Assembly (NCBI GenBank): GCA_963665845.2
Contig: OY762492.1
Location: forward strand, 3,467,895-3,531,894
Direction of reading: 5' to 3'
Length of the DNA stretch: 64,000 nt
From: Candidatus Poribacteria bacterium
GTDB lineage: Bacteria > Poribacteria > WGA-4E > GCA-2687025
Shown here piece after piece: positions 1-9,600 of this stretch; the stretch's first letter is position 1; each line of letters opens with the position of its first letter. The position numbers and the translations under genes are program-made. Under the pieces are notes generated by a model, which worked only from the letters and a program-made list of their open reading frames with translations, ran no database searches and was not told the origin of the DNA.

Positions 1-599
1 CATCCCGTTTTGACGCGCCGATTGGACGACCGCTTGCGCCGTCCGTTCCGCGGCCTGCGCCGTCCATGTATATCGCTTGTCGTTCCCCCCAAAAAGCAGT
101 CCGGCGCAGAGCGGCGCCTCAATCCGCGCGCTCATTTCGTCGACGATTTCAGGACAGACGCGGTTCGGCGCGCCCAAGGTTCGGAGGACGCGCCCGCTTC
201 CGCGTTCATGGAACGGCAGCGCCGCGGCGTCAAACGGGCGGACGCCCAGCGGCGATGGACGCATACAGACGACGCTTTTGGCGCCCAAGAGGCGCGACGC
301 AATCAGGTTCGGCGCCGCAACGGAGGAGCCTGTCGACAGCGCGATGTCGGCATGGGAAACAGACGCCAGCTCCGCATATGAGTCAGGCTGAAGCGCATGC
401 CGCAGCGCCGCGGCGAGCCGTTTGAACCCGACAACGCGCCGAAGCAGAACGGCGGCGCGCAGCGCGTTGTCATGCCGTTTGGACCGCCAGCGTATGCGGA
501 CTCGCGCGGCTTCAAAGTCGGGAAGGCAGCGCAAAACGCCTTCCGTTTGGCTTTCATGCCCCGGCTTGCCGTCCATCAGGGCGAGGATGACGGGAACTC
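1..599 (-). CDS. ELM1/GtrOC1-like putative glycosyltransferase (DUF1022-type); 3' end runs off the window
   Basis: I translated the minus strand from the ATG at complement 597-599: MENRVPVILALMDGKPGHESQTEGVLRCLPDFEAARVRIRW..., open to position 1. The N-terminal DGKxGxExQ motif is typical of ELM1-family proteins. It overlaps the upstream acyltransferase by 24 nt. It is absent from the ORF track because there is no stop in the window. Confidence 0.5.
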
Positions 600-1469
600 G
601 GTTTTCCATCGCCTGTGGGTCCATAACCATTGCGAAGGGCGCTCTCGGATCAGCTGTTCGAGCCTTGCGTAAATGTTTTGGAGCGTCTCGCGGTCGGAGC
701 CGCCCTGCGGTATCGGTTCAATGAAGACGGCGTGTTTTCCGCCGCCGTTTCTAAACGGGGCGCATAGCAGAAGCGGGCATCCGAGTTTGCGCGACAGCGC
801 CGCCGGGCTGCGCTCCGCCGAGGCGTACCGTCCAAAAAAGAGCGTCGGGGTCCCGTTTGGACCGGCGTCCTGATCGGCGAGAAAGCCGACAGCGCGCCCC
901 TCCCTCAGACCGCGAACCACTTTTTTGAGCGCGCCTTCTCTCGGCGTCAGCTCAAGCCCGGCGCTGGACCGGCAGCGGGCGGCGAGCGCCTCCAGCGACC
1001 GATGCGGCAGCGGCTGCGCAATCGCCATCGGCTTCGGCAAAAACTGCGGGCTAAGCGGCGCGAGTATCTCCCAGTTGCCCGTGTGCGGTATGAAGAGAAC
1101 GACGCCGCGCCCTTTTTCCGCCGCTTTTTCCGCCTCCGTCCGTCCCACAATCTGAACGCGCCTCTGAAAACGCCGCTCCCATTGCGGAAAGAGCAGCAGC
1201 TCCACGATGTTTTGACCCAGATGCCGAAAATGATCGCGGACGATATTTTGACGCTCCGCCGCCGTTTTTTCGGGGAACGCCGCGTCCACGTTTTGCCGCG
1301 CGACGCGCCGCCTTGAACCGAGCGCCGCATGCATCAAACCGCCGATTCGGGCGCCTAAAAAGAGCGCGGCGCCATGCGGCAATCGGCGCGCCGTGAACGC
1401 AAGCGCCAACGCGGCGAACGTCAAAACGGCGTATTGCGCGCGCTTTAGAAACGAACGTTTTTTCAACAT
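576..1469 (-). CDS. Lipid A biosynthesis lauroyl/myristoyl acyltransferase family (LpxL/HtrB-like lysophospholipid acyltransferase)
   Basis: 297-aa ORF with an N-terminal TM helix. It has the HTGNWE catalytic HX4E-type motif (FIPHTGNWEIL) and the downstream LADQD motif typical of LpxL/LpxM/HtrB. ATG start. Confidence 0.8.
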   Translation of the reverse strand: MLKKRSFLKRAQYAVLTFAALALAFTARRLPHGAALFLGARIGGLMHAALGSRRRVARQNVDAAFPEKTAAERQNIVRDHFRHLGQNIVELLLFPQWERRFQRRVQIVGRTEAEKAAEKGRGVVLFIPHTGNWEILAPLSPQFLPKPMAIAQPLPHRSLEALAARCRSSAGLELTPREGALKKVVRGLREGRAVGFLADQDAGPNGTPTLFFGRYASAERSPAALSRKLGCPLLLCAPFRNGGGKHAVFIEPIPQGGSDRETLQNIYARLEQLIRERPSQWLWTHRRWKTEFPSSSP

Positions 1470-1554
1470 CGCTTTATGTTATCATGCATGGCGGCGCGGC
1501 GGCAGCGGCTCCTGTAGGTTGACATCCAGGCGGAAAACGGTTAGCCTCATTCTA

Positions 1555-2106
1555 ATGAAAAACCGCGCCCAGACCCCAATCTACACGATCGGATACGGCA
1601 GCCGCGCTCTGGATGCGTTCATAGAAACGCTGCGCAAATACGGCGCGCAGTATCTCGTTGATGTGCGTTCGGCGCCGTATTCCCGCTATAAGCCTGAATT
1701 TTCCAAACAGCCGCTGGAGCAGGCTCTCCGCCGAGAGGGGCTGCATTATATCTATATGGGCGAGGCGCTGGGCGGCAAGCCGAGGGACAGGTCATATTAT
1801 TATGCGAACGGCAAGGTGAACGATGATCTCCTGCGAAAGGCGGAGTTTTATCAAAAGGGGATCGCGCGGTTGCTGAAGGCGGCTGAACGGGGGCTGACGA
1901 TAGCGGCAATGTGCAGCGAGGAGAAGCCGGAGAGGTGCCACCGCAGCGAGCTGATTGGGGCGTCGCTGAAGGAGAAGGGCGTTGATGTGCGGCATATCGA
2001 CGAAAACGACGCGCTTCTGACGCAAGATCAGGTTGAGGAGCGGTTGAACCCAGGCAGGCAGGGGTTGCTGCCTGGGATAAGCGCGGTTCGGTCGCGCAAG
2101 CGGTAA
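1555..2106 (+). CDS. DUF488 domain protein (YeaO-like), paralog 1
   Basis: ATG at 1555 (MKNRAQTPIYTIGYGSRALDAFIETL...). It has the DUF488 hallmarks: TIGYG at the N-terminus and MCSEEKPERCHRSEL near the C-terminus. The longer track ORF from 1393 is probably an over-extension. Confidence 0.8.
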   Translation: MKNRAQTPIYTIGYGSRALDAFIETLRKYGAQYLVDVRSAPYSRYKPEFSKQPLEQALRREGLHYIYMGEALGGKPRDRSYYYANGKVNDDLLRKAEFYQKGIARLLKAAERGLTIAAMCSEEKPERCHRSELIGASLKEKGVDVRHIDENDALLTQDQVEERLNPGRQGLLPGISAVRSRKR

Positions 2107-2115
2107 CGGTAAAGA

Positions 2116-2613
2116 ATGCGTATGAAGCGTCCAAAGATTGTCACCATCGGCGTTTACGGTTTTGACGAGGAAGGTTTTTTTGAGGCGCTACGCTCCGCGG
2201 GGGTGGATGTTTTCTGCGACATTCGCTTTAGGCGCGGCATGCGCGGCGCAGCCTATGCGTTCGTCAACAGCGTTCGTCTGCGGGAGCGCCTTGACGAAAT
2301 GAAAATCCGTTATCTGCATCGAAAAGACCTTGCGCCGACGCAGGCGGTTCGAGACCGTCAAGCGGAGGAGGACCGCGCCTCTAAAACGGCGAAACGAAAG
2401 CGCGTCCGGCTGGGCGAGGCGTTTATCGAGGCGTACCGCGCTGAATGTCTTGACTCGTTTGATCCGCAAAGTTTACTGGACGATCTTGGGGAAGATGCGC
2501 AGGTCGCGGCGCTGTTTTGCGTTGAGAGGGAACCGAAGGCATGCCACCGTTCCTTGCTGGCGGAGAAGCTGAAGAATGAGCTTGGTCTTGAGGTGAAGCA
2601 TCTTCTGCCATGA
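2116..2613 (+). CDS. DUF488 domain protein, divergent paralog 2
   Basis: MRMKRPKIVTIGVYGFDEEGFFEAL... and FCVEREPKACHRSLLAEKL. It lies 9 nt after paralog 1, and its stop overlaps the next start (ATGA at 2610-2613). Confidence 0.8.
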   Translation: MRMKRPKIVTIGVYGFDEEGFFEALRSAGVDVFCDIRFRRGMRGAAYAFVNSVRLRERLDEMKIRYLHRKDLAPTQAVRDRQAEEDRASKTAKRKRVRLGEAFIEAYRAECLDSFDPQSLLDDLGEDAQVAALFCVEREPKACHRSLLAEKLKNELGLEVKHLLP

Positions 2614-3257
2614 ATTCCGCCATGATGAACGTCAGGCTGTTGATCGCCGCCAAAACGCGAATGAGGAATGGAGTCTGCCTCGGCGCGTTGACAACAAGGG
2701 GGGAGAATCTTCGGTTGATTCCGCCAGGCGAAATCTTCTTTCCCTTTGCGGATGCGGAACAGTTTGAGATCGGGCAGGTCTGGGAGATGACGGTTCAGCG
2801 TGTGAGGTCTGTCAAACCGCCGCATACAGAAGATGTTTTTGTTCATCAAAGAGAGCAAGATCGAACTCTGACAATGGAGGAGACGGAAACCGCAATTGAA
2901 AAGGTGGCGGAGATTGCCGCTGGGCGTTTCAGCGCGCTTTATGACAGGTTGTTGCGACGGACATCTGCGGGATCGCTTTACATATCGAGAGCGGGCGGCG
3001 TTCCGAATTACAGCGTTGGGTTTTGGCGTCCAGACAAGCCGCTGACGCGCTTTCCGACAGGCAACGGGCAGCGTTACCGTTATCCGACATCAATGGGGCC
3101 ATTGAGTTTTAAGTTTGTCGGGTTTCAAGAGCCTATCGAGACGATTCCTGCGGATACGCTGGTTCGCGTTTCGTTGGCGCGCTGGTGGAAACCTGATGAT
3201 CTGGACGTGGAGTTGCGCTGTTACGCGCAAATCTCTGGATGGTACAAAAAACCTTAG
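2610..3257 (+). CDS. Hypothetical protein, translationally coupled to the DUF488 pair
   Basis: 215-aa ORF with an ATGA start/stop overlap with the upstream gene. Its composition looks coding rather than the Arg/Pro/Ala-rich pattern of shadow ORFs. I recognise no catalytic motif. Confidence 0.6.
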   Translation: MNSAMMNVRLLIAAKTRMRNGVCLGALTTRGENLRLIPPGEIFFPFADAEQFEIGQVWEMTVQRVRSVKPPHTEDVFVHQREQDRTLTMEETETAIEKVAEIAAGRFSALYDRLLRRTSAGSLYISRAGGVPNYSVGFWRPDKPLTRFPTGNGQRYRYPTSMGPLSFKFVGFQEPIETIPADTLVRVSLARWWKPDDLDVELRCYAQISGWYKKP

Positions 3258-3721
3258 CAAGCTGATTGGGCGCTACTGACGAAGGCGGGCGTGGAGACGC
3301 TCTTAAGCGGTTCCGTTTCCCCCCGATGATGCGCGTTCAACGCTTCGTCCGCCATATTGCTTAGGAGCGTTTCGGATTCAGGCAGTCGGAACGCCGCGTC
3401 CCATTTTGCGTCGTCCTCCTCGTCTTCCTTTTTGATGCGCGCAAATTCAGCCCCGTATTTTCGGTGGTTCATCAGCTCAGGTTGAAGCGAAACGGCGGCG
3501 CTAAAATCCTCTTCGTAATTGTCCATATCGCCGATTTCTTTGTAGGCTAGTCCGCGGCATATAAACGCAGGGGCGCAGTATCTGTCTTGCTCAATTAGGC
3601 TTTTGAAGCATGCGATCGCGTCCGACCATCGATTTGCCCGCATATATGCGCACCCTAAAAGAGAAAGAGTCCTTGTTTCCATACTCTGGAGTTCCTTGCG
3701 GTCGTCAACGAAAAACTGCAT
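3254..3721 (-). CDS. TPR-repeat protein
   Basis: 155 aa with TPR-like helices (LLGCAYMRANRWSDAIACFKSLIEQD; AFICRGLAYKEIGDMDNYEEDFSAAVSLQPE). ATG start. It converges on the previous gene. Confidence 0.6.
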   Translation of the reverse strand: MQFFVDDRKELQSMETRTLSLLGCAYMRANRWSDAIACFKSLIEQDRYCAPAFICRGLAYKEIGDMDNYEEDFSAAVSLQPELMNHRKYGAEFARIKKEDEEDDAKWDAAFRLPESETLLSNMADEALNAHHRGETEPLKSVSTPAFVSSAQSAC

Positions 3722-3841
3722 TTTTCACTCCGCCTATTCAGCGCGCCGCGGCTGGGATCCCGATAAGGTTTTCATACCTGTCAACATTTCCATACTAGCC
3801 TAACATTAAAATATTCCCGAAGGCAAGCGGGGCGCCTGACC

Positions 3842-4083
3842 GGCAGTCTCTATAGGCGATGGTCTTGATTTTAGAGAGTCGTTTTGGAATGCGGAGGCTG
3901 TCTGGGAAAACTCTGGATTCCCGCTTACGCGGGAATGACGAATAGCCCAATAACAGCGGTTGGGGCGCGGTTTCTGGACTCCCCCCTTGAAAAGGGGGGC
4001 TGGGGGGTTTTAGTTCCGTGCGCGGAATCACGATTAGCATAACTCAAACGGGATTTTCGTCGTCATCGCCTGTAGAGACTGCC
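3842..4083. mobile_element. MITE with IS1-type terminal inverted repeats (type I), flanked by the 8-bp direct repeat GCCTGACC
   Basis: The ends are GGCAGTCTCTATAGGCGATGG (3842-) and CATCGCCTGTAGAGACTGCC (-4083), which are inverted copies of each other and similar to the ends of the IS1 element at 39704-40528. GCCTGACC occurs at both 3834-3841 and 4084-4091. The element carries one ATTCCC-N8-GGGAAT hairpin (3917-3936) and one CCCCCCTTGAAAAGGGGGG hairpin (about 3974-4012). Confidence 0.75.
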
Positions 4084-4085
4084 GC

Positions 4086-4308
4086 CTGACCTTACGTCTT
4101 AAGTTGGGACACGGCGGCGGGCGAACGCGGACGTCTTCTGAGGCGCCTCTAGATTCCCGCGCGTTTTACCGCAGGGGCGGGAATGCATGCCCTCGCGGGC
4201 ATGTCCTCGTGAAAACGGGGAAGCGGGGGACGCTCTGGTTGGCGAAGCCTTTTCCCATAAATAGAGCGATCGTCAGTTCAAATGTCCCAACTCTCGGCAT
4301 GAGGTCAG
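4086..4308 (-). mobile_element. MITE type II (TIR CTGACCTYAYGYYTAAGTTGGGACAT), reverse orientation, expanded internal hairpins
   Basis: CTGACCTTACGTCTTAAGTTGGGACAC at 4086- and AATGTCCCAACTCTCGGCATGAGGTCAG ending at 4308. The internal CGATCGCTCTATTTATGGGAAAAGG module is shared with the copies at 44889, 52372, 56776 and 63847. Confidence 0.7.
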
Positions 4309-4385
4309 AGACGAAGAGCGTTGACGAACGCCGCTCCCGGCGTTAACCTTCATGCGTAAGAACGCTTCCTTTTCGAGAGGTAGAT

Positions 4386-6605
4386 ATGCGAAAGATTGCT
4401 GTCATTGCAATCGCGGCTGCGGTCGCGGCGTTTTTCATCTTCCGCGCATTGACGCGCCCGACGGGGCTGTCCGAGTCAGAGATCGCGCGTCAGTCGGCGG
4501 TCGGCTTGTCGACGCGCGACATAGCGCCGACCGATTACCGTTCCATGCCGCATCTTGAACAGGGGGCGAAGGGGGCGGTCGTTTCCGCCGTTCATGCGCA
4601 TCATATCGCGGAGAAGGCGGGTTTCAAAAGCGGCGATCTGATCCTCTCGGTGAACGGCGTTGAGACGAAGTCGGCGGCAGAATATGAGACGGCGCTCCAG
4701 CAGGCGCTGGCGGCGGATCGGCTAGAATACCGCATACAGCGCGCGTCCGGCGTCGAGACGATCCGTTTCTCGCTCGATTACGGCGCCTCGTTCAACTCCA
4801 TCGGCGCCGCTCTCATGCGGGACGGGCAGCTGGACGAAGCGGAGGCGGCGTTTCAGCGCGCCTTGGCGATGGAGCCGAATTTCGCCGAAGCGCATTACAA
4901 CTTAGGAAACCTGAACCTTAAACGCGGCGATCCGGAGACGGCCGTCTCGATGTTTCAGAAGGCGGTTGAGGCGGATCCGAATATGCGCGAGGCGCGGTAT
5001 CAACTCGGCGAGGCGTATGCGCAGCTGGAGCAGTATGAACGCTCCATCGCCGCCTTCAAGCAGCTGATCGCCGTCGCGCCGCCGGAGACCGCGGAGCGGG
5101 AGCTGCGCCCTGCGCATGCGGCGCTCGCGTCGGTGGGCGACGTTCTGCGCCAAATTGAGGCGTCGGGCGAGGTGGAAGCGGGAGCGCATGCGGCGGTGTA
5201 TCCGAAGGCGCAGGGCGTTATTATAGAAATGTCAGCGGAGGAGGGCGACCGCGTTCAGAAGGGGGATGTTCTCGCAGTCATTGAGCATGAGGAGCTGAAG
5301 ATTGCCGCCGTTCAAGCGAAGGCGTCTTTGGAAGCGGCGTCGGCGGCGTATGTTCAAGCGCAGAAGCTGGCGAAGACGTCGGCGCTGGCGCGGTTGAAGC
5401 AGGCGGAAGCGGGCGCGGCGCTTGCGTGGGCGTCTTTGGCGCAGGTGATGGACATCAGCGAAACGCGCGCCCGCGCCCAGACGGAGCAGGCGCAGGCGGG
5501 ATTGGAAGCGCTGCGGGCGAACCTAACGAAACTGAAAACGGGTTTGCGCGAGGAGGAGAAACTGCAGGCGCGGGCGGCGCGAAATCAGGCGCGCTCGGCG
5601 TTGACAAGCGCCGAAAGCGAACAGCAGCGCGTCAAGGCGCTGTTTGAAGGCGGAGCGGTGAGCTTGCAGACGTTTGACTTGTCGACGGCGCAGCTGGACG
5701 CGGCGCGGGCGCAATTTGACGCGGCGGAGCAGGGCTGGGTTCTCGCGCAGAAGGGCGCGCGGGAGGAGGACATCTCCGCGCTGGAGGCGCAGGTTGATCA
5801 GGCGGAAGCGGCGCTTCGGCTGGCGCAGGCGCAGCTGGAGACGCAGACCTGGGAGAAGGACGCCGCGATGGCGCAGGCGCAGGTTGATCAGGCAAACGCC
5901 TCGCTCTTGACCGCGCAGGCAAGCGTGGACGCCGAATCGTGGCGGGCGGAGATTGCGGCGGCGAAGGCGTCTCTGGCGCAGGCGCAGGCGGCGTCCGATT
6001 TAGCCGAAAAAAGAGTCCGCGACGCCTCCGTGCGCGCGCCCATCGGCGGCGTCGTTTCCAAACGCATGCTGGACCTGGGCGGGCGCGCCTCGCCTCAGGA
6101 GCCGCTGTTTGAAATTCATGATCAAGACGCGGTGACGGCGTCTGTGCCGATACTGGAAGCGGACATCGCCTGGGTGAAGCCTGGTTTGAAAGCGCGCGCG
6201 TATCTGTCGGCGCTGGCGGAGCCGGTGGAGGGGGTCGTCGCGTCGGTCAGCCCGTCTGTCGACCCGAAGACGCGGACAGCGGATGTGGAGATCGCGCTGG
6301 AGAACCCAGGCGGAGCGGTGAAGCCAGGGATGTTCGCGCGGGCGGCCATCGATGTTGAAACGCGCGCGGACGCGGCGCTGGTTCCGCGCGACGCGCTGGT
6401 GACGGAGAACAGCCTCTTTGTCGCGCGGAACGGGCGCGCTCATTTGACTCAAGTGGAGGTCGGCTTGACGTCCGGAAACGCGGTGGAGATCTTGTCGGGC
6501 GTTCAGCCTGGAGACGCGGTTCTGTTTATCGGGCAGAGAAGCTTGCGGGACGGCGACTTTATTCAGATTGTGCGCAGCGTGGACGATTGGCGGTCGGAAC
6601 CATGA
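4386..6605 (+). CDS. Efflux RND periplasmic adaptor (HlyD/MFP family) with N-terminal TM anchor, PDZ domain and TPR repeats
   Basis: GAGAGG RBS followed by ATG. PDZ-like GAVVSAVHAHHIAEKAGFKSGDLILSVNGVE. TPR units (AEAHYNLGNLNLKRGDPETAVSMFQKAVEADPN...). Lipoyl-like hairpin AQGVIIEMSAEEGDRVQKGDVLAVIE. A long Ala/Gln-rich coiled coil. C-terminal beta-barrel VRAPIGGVVSKRMLDLG. Confidence 0.8.
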   Translation: MRKIAVIAIAAAVAAFFIFRALTRPTGLSESEIARQSAVGLSTRDIAPTDYRSMPHLEQGAKGAVVSAVHAHHIAEKAGFKSGDLILSVNGVETKSAAEYETALQQALAADRLEYRIQRASGVETIRFSLDYGASFNSIGAALMRDGQLDEAEAAFQRALAMEPNFAEAHYNLGNLNLKRGDPETAVSMFQKAVEADPNMREARYQLGEAYAQLEQYERSIAAFKQLIAVAPPETAERELRPAHAALASVGDVLRQIEASGEVEAGAHAAVYPKAQGVIIEMSAEEGDRVQKGDVLAVIEHEELKIAAVQAKASLEAASAAYVQAQKLAKTSALARLKQAEAGAALAWASLAQVMDISETRARAQTEQAQAGLEALRANLTKLKTGLREEEKLQARAARNQARSALTSAESEQQRVKALFEGGAVSLQTFDLSTAQLDAARAQFDAAEQGWVLAQKGAREEDISALEAQVDQAEAALRLAQAQLETQTWEKDAAMAQAQVDQANASLLTAQASVDAESWRAEIAAAKASLAQAQAASDLAEKRVRDASVRAPIGGVVSKRMLDLGGRASPQEPLFEIHDQDAVTASVPILEADIAWVKPGLKARAYLSALAEPVEGVVASVSPSVDPKTRTADVEIALENPGGAVKPGMFARAAIDVETRADAALVPRDALVTENSLFVARNGRAHLTQVEVGLTSGNAVEILSGVQPGDAVLFIGQRSLRDGDFIQIVRSVDDWRSEP

Positions 6606-9600
6606 GGCTGGCGCGCTTTTCCGTTAAAAATGTGCTGCTCATCAACCTTGCGATGGCAACGATACTGCTTTTGGGCGCGTATGCGTTTCTGGTACTGCCG
6701 CGCGAGGCGTCCCCCGACATCAACTTCAACTGGGCGTTTGTGACGACGGCGTATCCCGGCGCCGCGCCGATTGAGGTGGAGCAGCTGGTCACGATACCGA
6801 TGGAGGAGGCGATACGCGAGGTGGCGGACGTCAACATGGTCACCTCCACCTCCAGCGAGGGTATCAGTTTTATCAGCGTCAAATTCGCCCAGAACATGTC
6901 GCGCGGCGATTTTGACAAGCGCTTTCAAGACCTTCAAACGAATATACGCGCCGCGGAGGTTCCAGACGGCGCCGAAGACCCGGACATCCGCAAGCTGGAC
7001 ACGCAGGACTGGTGGCCCGTTGTGAGCGTCGCGGTGAGCGGGCAGCTGCCGGAGCCTGTCATGAATCAGATCGCCGAGGATCTGATCGACCTGTATGAGC
7101 AGAACGACGATGTTGGGCAGTTGACCGCCGTCGGAATGCGCGAGCGGGAGATCTGGGTTGAGGTTAACCCAGACGCGATGAACAGCCTCGACATCGGTTT
7201 TCAGAGCGTCGTTCAGGCGCTGGCGGCGCGTAACTTAAACGTGCCGGGCGGAGAGCTGCGCCCCGGCGGACGCGGCGAGTTTCTTGTACGAACGCTCGGC
7301 AAGATCAACGCGCCGGAAGAGGCGCGTCAAGTCATCATCCGAACCGGACCGTCGGGGCGGCAGGTGCGCGTCGGCGATGTGGCTGAGGTGACCGATACCT
7401 TCGAAAAAGCGCGCATGATCTCCCGCATGGACGGCGAACCTTGCATCACGATCAATGTCGCCAAAAAGCGCGGCGCCAGCACCATCAGCGTCGTGGACGA
7501 TGTGCGCGAGCTGACCGCCCGATACGAAGCGGAGCGGCTTGTCCCCGGCGCGCGGCTGGAGATGGTGAACGACTCCTCCGAATATATCATCAACATCATC
7601 GACAAGCTGCAGTCGAACGCCGTCTTCGGCATCGTCTTTGTGACGCTGGCGCTCTGGCTGTTTATCGGCTGGCGGGCGGCGCTGGCGGTCGTCGTCGGCA
7701 TGCCTGTTACTTTCGCCGTCACCTTTATTTTCATGCGCGCGACGGGGCGGTCGCTGGACGGCAACGCGCTCTTTGCGCTGGTGCTGGTCTTGGGAATGAT
7801 CGTCGACCATGCGATCGTCATCGCGGAAAACTGCGTCCGCCATCTACAGATGGACAAGTCGAAGGCGCAGGCGGTCATTGACGGCGTCGGCGAGGTGTTT
7901 CAGCCGGTGCTGGCGGCGACGCTGACGACCATCGCCGCATTTTTGCCGTTGATGCTCATGCCGGGCATCATGGGCGCGTTCATGCGCATCATCCCGCTTG
8001 TGGTGACGCTGGCGCTGGTCGCGTCCAACTTTGAGGCGTTTTTGATCTTGCCCGCGCATGTGATGGACTGGACGAAGCGGCGCGCTCAAGGCGTCCGCGC
8101 CGAAAACCGCTGGTTTCGCGCGGTTCGGCTTCGGTATATGCGCCTGCTGCGGCGGGTCATTCATCGGCGTTATCTGGCGGTGGCGCTGTTTTTGTTGATA
8201 GCGGTCGGAAGCGCGTTTTTACTGCCGCTGGTCGGCGTCCAATTGTTTGAGGGCGACCCGCTCTCCCGTTTCTATGTGCGGGTCTGGATGCCGCTCGGCA
8301 CAAGCCTTGAAACGACCGACGAGACGCTGCGCGAAATTGAAACGATCGCCATGCAGCTTCCCGACACGGACGTCGCGGCGGTCATCTCAACGGCGGGCAT
8401 GCTGCTGGACGACGAAGGGACGCGCGTCGGCGACCGGTATGGACAGGTTCTGGTCGATGTGCCGGACGGTTCAAAAGAGAGCCGACCCATTCCAGAGATT
8501 CTTGCCGACATGCGCATGCGCTGCAGCCGTTTGACAGGGTATGAAAAGATACGGTTCACGATGGACGAGGGCGGACCGCCGACCGGGAAGCCTGTAGAGG
8601 TGAAGGTGAAAGGTCCCGATCTAGATCGGCTGCAGGAGCTGGTGACGGAGCTGAAGGGGGAGCTGGCGTCCATGCCAGGCGTGTACGACATCGGGGACGA
8701 TTTTTCGCCCGGCAAGGAGGAGCTGCGCATCAAGGTGAACGACGAACGGGCGCGGATGCATGGGTTGGACGCGGCGCAGATCGCCATGTTTGTGCGCACC
8801 GCCGTCAACGGGACGACCGCCACCTCCATCCGCGACGGCAACGACGATGTGGATGTGATTGTGAAGGTGAAGGGCGGCGCGGAGTCGCCTCTGGAACGGA
8901 TCAAGAGCCTGCGCATTGCGGCGCCGGGGGGCGGTTCTCTTCCGCTGCGCGAGGCGGCAACCTTTGAGACGGGGCGCGGCTATTCGGACATTCTCCGCTT
9001 TGAATATGAACGCTCCATCACCGTCTTTGCGGAGGTTGACTCGACCATCGCGTCCGCGGTGGCGGTAAACAGGGAGATGGAAAGCAGGTTTGCGAATCTC
9101 GGCAAGCGTTACCCAGGCTACCGTCTCGATTTTCGGGGCGAGTTTGCGGAGTTCAGAGACGCTTTCAACAGCCTTGCGAGTCTGTTTGCGCTGGGCGTTT
9201 TCATCATCTTCCTGCTGCTGACGGCGCAGTTCAAGTCGCTCATACAGCCGTTCATCATTCTCTTCACGATACCGTTTGCGTTTGTCGGCGCGGTCGTCGG
9301 GCTGATTGCGATTCGGGCGCCGTTCAGCATCATGACGCTCTACGGGATCGTCGCGCTGGCGGGCATTGTGGTGAACGACTCGATTGTGCTGATCGACTTC
9401 ATCAACAAGCGGCGTCAAAACGGGGCGGGGCGTTGGCGCGCCGTCATGAAGGGCGGGGCGCTGCGTCTTCGTCCGGTGCTGTTGACCTCCATCACGACGA
9501 TTGCGGGGCTTCTGCCGATGGCGCTCGGAATCGGCGGCGGCTCGGAGGTGTGGGCGCCGCTGGCGAACACGATCGTATGGGGGCTGTCCGCGGCGACGTT

